From: Melioribacter roseus P3M-2
GTDB taxonomy: Bacteria > Bacteroidota > Ignavibacteria > Kapaibacteriales > Kapaibacteriaceae
Length of the DNA stretch: 49,630 nucleotides
Reading direction: 5' to 3'
NCBI GenBank assembly: GCA_945883395.1
Contig: CAMCXP010000003.1
Location: 1 to 49,630, forward strand
Shown: one piece after another, positions 45,982 to 49,630 of the stretch
How the letters are laid out: each line of letters starts with the position of its first letter
Position numbering within the stretch: position 1 is the first letter of the stretch
Translations under genes and position numbers: made by a program
Notes under the pieces: generated by a model
What the model was told of the DNA's origin: nothing
Database searches by the model: none
Seen by the model: the letters and a program-made list of their open reading frames with translations, nothing else

Positions 45982-46904
45982 TGCAGCAGACCGCATGGAT
46001 CGACACTGCGCGACGGATGTGTCTTGGGGTGTTTGCAATGCTCATCGGTGTCGAGCTGGTCACGGGGCTCCTGCTGGGCTTGCTCTATGAACCATCGCGG
46101 ATGCCTGCAGCAACACCCGACGGACGTCCAACAACGATGCTGATGGGTGAGCGCGTCGAGCGCGTTGGACCCTTCACCGACACCGTCGGAACTCCGTCGA
46201 CGCCGAGCTTTGTGCCTGCGCGCCCCGGCGAGCTTGTGCCAAGTGCTGCCGCAGCAAGCGTGCAAGTGCACATCGCTAATGCTCCGGGTGGTGCCATTGC
46301 ACGCGCTGTGCATCACACGCTCGCGGGATGGCTAGTGGTGTTGGCCTGCATCGTCGTTGTGTTATCTGCCATAGCGCGCGCGTATCAGCACGCTGCATCG
46401 ACCTGGGTGATGTCGATCGGGATGCTGATTATCGCCCTCGCCGCGGCATGGACTGGACGGATGTTGCCTGATGATATCTATGCCGAGGTGAGCCTTCGAA
46501 TTGTCGGACACGAGCTGTTGGAAGCGCCACTTGGCGATGCGCTCGTGGCGGTGCTGGGCATCGTGCCTGGCGAGCCCATGCTCGCGCGGACGTACTTCGT
46601 GCACATCCTAGTTGGCGCTGCGTCGGTATGGCTGGCCTATGTGCTCTGGCGGGAACGCCAGCACGTGCCGCTCGTCGTCGGCGCAGGCCTTGCGGTGGCA
46701 ATCATGGCTGCGATCATGCCGATCCACGCATTTGGTGCGCGGGATGCGGTTACGGGGCTTGCAGGCACCGTCCAAGTCGACCCCTGGTGGGTGATTCGCC
46801 CCCTTCACGAGCTGGTTGGCGTGCTCGGTGCCGAGCTCGCGGGGTATGTGATGCTTGGTGGTACGCTCGTGCTGGTCCTGCTCCCGGTCTGGAGGCGTCC
46901 ATAG
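45981..46904 (+). CDS. Divergent cytochrome b-like membrane protein
   Basis: E.VTG..L...Y.P, A.ASV, G...RAVHH, AY....TW, WTG.MLP, P.G, L.RTY.VH, PWW; TAA/ATG overlap with the Rieske gene. Confidence 0.78.
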   Translation: MQQTAWIDTARRMCLGVFAMLIGVELVTGLLLGLLYEPSRMPAATPDGRPTTMLMGERVERVGPFTDTVGTPSTPSFVPARPGELVPSAAAASVQVHIANAPGGAIARAVHHTLAGWLVVLACIVVVLSAIARAYQHAASTWVMSIGMLIIALAAAWTGRMLPDDIYAEVSLRIVGHELLEAPLGDALVAVLGIVPGEPMLARTYFVHILVGAASVWLAYVLWRERQHVPLVVGAGLAVAIMAAIMPIHAFGARDAVTGLAGTVQVDPWWVIRPLHELVGVLGAELAGYVMLGGTLVLVLLPVWRRP

Positions 46905-46935
46905 GGCTTGCATCCGTGGGCACGGGAATGCTCCC

Positions 46936-46943
46936 TATCTTTG
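46936..46943 (+). promoter_or_regulatory. -7 promoter box TATCTTTG upstream of ald
   Basis: Exact TAnnTTTG ending 40 nt before the ATG. Confidence 0.6.
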
Positions 46944-46983
46944 CGCTCTTGATTCACTTCAATCCAACAAAGGACAGACGTAT

Positions 46984-48096
46984 ATGTTGATCGGCGTACC
47001 AAAGGAGATCAAGCCGAGTGAGAAGCGTGTTGCTCTCACGCCTGGTGGAGTTGAAACCCTCCGTCAGCACGGCCACGATGTGATCGTTGAGACCAACTGT
47101 GGTGTTGGTTGTGGATTCACGAATGATGACTACATCGCAGCTGGTGCGAAGATCATCGATACAGCTGCTGAGGTGTATGCTCAGGCCGACATGATCATGA
47201 AGGTCAAGGAGCCAATCGCACCTGAGTACAATCTCATCCGCAAGGGTCAGACGCTGTTCACGTACTTCCACTTTGCTGCATCACGCGAACTCACCGAAGC
47301 AATGGTGAAGAGCGGCGCAACGTGTATCGCGTACGAGACAGTTCAGAAGACAGACGGATCGCTACCGCTGCTCATCCCGATGTCGGAAGTTGCTGGACGT
47401 ATGGCACCACAAGAAGGCGCAAAGTACCTCGAGCACCCAATGGGTGGACGTGGTGTGTTGCTCGGCGGTGTACCTGGTACAAAGCCAGCGAACGTGATCG
47501 TCCTCGGTGGCGGTGTCGTTGGTACAAACGCAGCGAAGATCGCAGCGGGCTTTGGTGCTCGCGTGACAATCTTCGACAACAACCTGTACCGTCTGCGCTA
47601 CCTCGATGATGTGATGCCGAAGAACGTCATCACACAGATGTCAACGAAGTCGAACATCCGTGAAGCAGTCAAGGATGCCGATCTCGTGATCGGTGGTGTG
47701 TTGATCGTTGGTGCAAAGGCACCACACCTGATCACACGCGACATGCTCAAGACGATGAAGGAAGGTTCTGTAATCGTTGACGTATCGGTTGACCAAGGCG
47801 GTTGCGTTGAGACATGCAAGCCAACAACACACGCAGATCCAACGTACGTGGTCGACGGTGTTGTACACTACGGTGTTGCAAACATGCCAGGCGCTGTGCC
47901 GTACACATCGGCTATCGCGCTCACGAACGCAACGCTCCCATACGCAGTGCAGCTTGCCAACCACGGTTGGAAGAACGCATGCAAGGCAAACAAGGAACTC
48001 GAATACGGTCTGAACGTCGTCGAAGGCAAGATCGTCTACGAAGCAGTTGCAGAAGCATTCGGTATGGACTACGCACCGGTAACGGCAGTTCTGTAA
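46984..48096 (+). CDS. ald: Alanine dehydrogenase
   Basis: MLIGVPKEIK..E.RVA, KVKEP, FTYFHFA, PMSEVAGR, GGGVVG.NAA, DQGGC.ET, VANMPGAVP. Confidence 0.97.
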   Translation: MLIGVPKEIKPSEKRVALTPGGVETLRQHGHDVIVETNCGVGCGFTNDDYIAAGAKIIDTAAEVYAQADMIMKVKEPIAPEYNLIRKGQTLFTYFHFAASRELTEAMVKSGATCIAYETVQKTDGSLPLLIPMSEVAGRMAPQEGAKYLEHPMGGRGVLLGGVPGTKPANVIVLGGGVVGTNAAKIAAGFGARVTIFDNNLYRLRYLDDVMPKNVITQMSTKSNIREAVKDADLVIGGVLIVGAKAPHLITRDMLKTMKEGSVIVDVSVDQGGCVETCKPTTHADPTYVVDGVVHYGVANMPGAVPYTSAIALTNATLPYAVQLANHGWKNACKANKELEYGLNVVEGKIVYEAVAEAFGMDYAPVTAVL

Positions 48097-48127
48097 GCTC
48101 GTATTTCAGAGAACGATGCATAGATTT

Positions 48128-48150
48128 GAGGGCCCCTACATGGGGCCCTC
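48128..48150 (+). terminator. Hairpin after ald
   Basis: GAGGGCCCC-tacat-GGGGCCCTC followed by GTTCGTTT. Confidence 0.65.
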
Positions 48151-48170
48151 GTTCGTTTATGGAGATTGCT

Positions 48171-49520
48171 ATGACTGCTATCCTACGTTCAGTTCTTATT
48201 GCCTTGCTGCTCTGTGCTGCATCGTATGGTGCATATGCGCAGATAGAACGTCAGATCAGCTTCGACGAAGCGGGCAAGATCTTCGTCGTGTCCAAGTCGA
48301 TGAACGACGAGTACCAATGGTTTGAGCCAGTCGAGACCTTCCTCGAGGCACGTCTGTTCAAGATGAGCGACTCGGCGTTTGTGCTCGAGATCCTGCGTCG
48401 TGCCGATCAAGGCAACGAGCGTGAGCGACGCCAACTCTCGATGGTGGAGATGGCAGCATTGCGTTCACGCATTCAAACAGCGGCATCACCTTCGGTCGAT
48501 ATCGGTGGTTTGGATCAGAGCGGACGCAGCACGTTGTTGTGGGGCAGCACACTGTGGTCGCTCTTCTACTACGGAACAGCAGTTTCAATTGTCTTTAGTT
48601 CTGACGGTAGCGTCAGTTCCGCACCAACCTATTTAATCGCGGGCGGACTTGGCTACTTCGTGCCTGCGCTGTTAACGCAGAATGCCAACGTGACGGCCGG
48701 TGCGGCCTCGTTGGCTGTGGGTGGCATGTTTCAGGGGGCTTTGCATGGTTGGGCACTTGGCGGATTGATCTCTGGATCGAATCTCTCCTCACGTACGGGC
48801 TTCGCACTGTCGATCCTTGGTGGAGTGTCTGAAACCGTTGCAGGCTATGTGATCGGTTCGAATACAGGAATCTCGGAAGGTGCGGCTGGCGTGATCAACA
48901 CCACAGAGTTCTACGGAGCGGCGGGTGGCGCACTGGCAGCATTGACGATCATGGGTAACGTCACTGAAGGCGATGCAGGAATTCGCGTCCTATCAGGTCT
49001 TGGACTTGTTGGTGCCGCCGGTGGTATTCTTCTTGGCAATGAGATCATCAAGTCGCAACACATTACCAACTCGGATGCAACGGTCTATGCGCTGACGGGT
49101 GCGCTTGGTCTTGGCCTGCCCTATGCCGTTCTATCAGCCGTGAGCACAGACAACGTATCGACGAGAGTTATAACCGGGATTGGGCTCTTGGGAGCAGCAG
49201 GGGGCTTATACCTCGGTACAAGGCTTATTGACGGACTCGACTATCGTGAAGGCGACGGCTCCACGTTCCTTCTCAGTACACTCGCCGGAGGTGTTATCGG
49301 CGTTGGTATTGCACAGCTCGTGGATTCACCCCGGGCTATTGGGCCGCTCGTGTGGGCATCGGCAGCAGGTGGGTTCCTCATCGGTCGTGCCCTTGCACGT
49401 CCGGACGCAGAGGGTACGTCCATGGGCAAGCTCGACGTGAACTTCAATCCGCTCGGACTCGTCCTCGGCGCTCGTTCGAACGTTCCGATGCCAATCGGCT
49501 CGGTGACTTATCGCTTCTGA
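48171..49520 (+). CDS. Exported Gly-rich multi-helical hydrophobic protein with C-terminal beta-signal-like tail
   Basis: Signal peptide ending AYA-Q, SD GGAG; many GxxxG-rich helices; ends PIGSVTYRF. Confidence 0.8.
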   Translation: MTAILRSVLIALLLCAASYGAYAQIERQISFDEAGKIFVVSKSMNDEYQWFEPVETFLEARLFKMSDSAFVLEILRRADQGNERERRQLSMVEMAALRSRIQTAASPSVDIGGLDQSGRSTLLWGSTLWSLFYYGTAVSIVFSSDGSVSSAPTYLIAGGLGYFVPALLTQNANVTAGAASLAVGGMFQGALHGWALGGLISGSNLSSRTGFALSILGGVSETVAGYVIGSNTGISEGAAGVINTTEFYGAAGGALAALTIMGNVTEGDAGIRVLSGLGLVGAAGGILLGNEIIKSQHITNSDATVYALTGALGLGLPYAVLSAVSTDNVSTRVITGIGLLGAAGGLYLGTRLIDGLDYREGDGSTFLLSTLAGGVIGVGIAQLVDSPRAIGPLVWASAAGGFLIGRALARPDAEGTSMGKLDVNFNPLGLVLGARSNVPMPIGSVTYRF

Positions 49521-49630
49521 GCGAGCAACAGACCAGACGTTAGCACGACCGTTACTCCAGCAATGAGCACGTGCTCGAGGGTGAGTCCCAGCACGTACAG
49601 CGCACCGAGAAACTGCACCACGATAATGGT
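49508..49630 (-). CDS. C-terminal end of a membrane protein (enters from the right edge)
   Basis: Open frame TIIVVQFLGALYVLGLTLEHVLIAGVTVVLTSGLLLAQKR-stop, hydrophobic. Confidence 0.55.
   Translation of the reverse strand, partial: TIIVVQFLGALYVLGLTLEHVLIAGVTVVLTSGLLLAQKR

Noticed and set aside
46017-46030. CLG in the cytochrome b-like protein, resembling the heme ci-binding Cys of cytochrome b6
   Set aside because: It is one residue out of register relative to the conserved TG of helix A, so it cannot be supported without an alignment
1-49630. CRISPR arrays, IS elements, prophage or defence systems
   Set aside because: No repeat-spacer arrays, transposases, phage genes or recognisable defence domains seen

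Overview
A gene-dense 49.6 kb chromosomal segment with about 38 CDS (two truncated at the window edges) and 3 tRNAs (Lys-CTT, Val-GAC, Thr-TGT). I found no CRISPR array, rRNA or mobile element. About nine secreted proteins end in type IX secretion (T9SS) C-terminal-domain-like tails, TAnnTT(T)G promoter boxes recur, and there is a barrel+OmpA protein and a bacilliredoxin. Together these point to the Bacteroidota/Chlorobi/Ignavibacteria lineage, most resembling Candidatus Kapabacteria (inference, not database-checked). Housekeeping and stress genes include arsC-acr3, a membrane pyrophosphatase, citrate synthase, RlmI-type methyltransferase, gmhA, class II photolyase, DegT aminotransferase and alanine dehydrogenase. 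Most notable: (1) an ECF sigma factor followed by a putative anti-sigma that seems to span both membranes (N-terminal anti-sigma domain, TM helix, disordered tether, C-terminal 8-strand beta-barrel), then a lipoprotein and a T9SS surface protein; (2) a Rieske protein coupled to a cytochrome b-like protein that keeps only one of the two heme-ligand His pairs; (3) a giant adhesin-like T9SS protein paired with a barrel-OmpA-OmpA protein and rich in D-S/T O-glycosylation sequons; (4) many apparently leaderless genes; (5) neighbouring plant-type H+-PPase and eukaryote-type citrate synthase genes. All family assignments come from motif recognition by eye, and several start codons were moved downstream of the supplied ORF starts.
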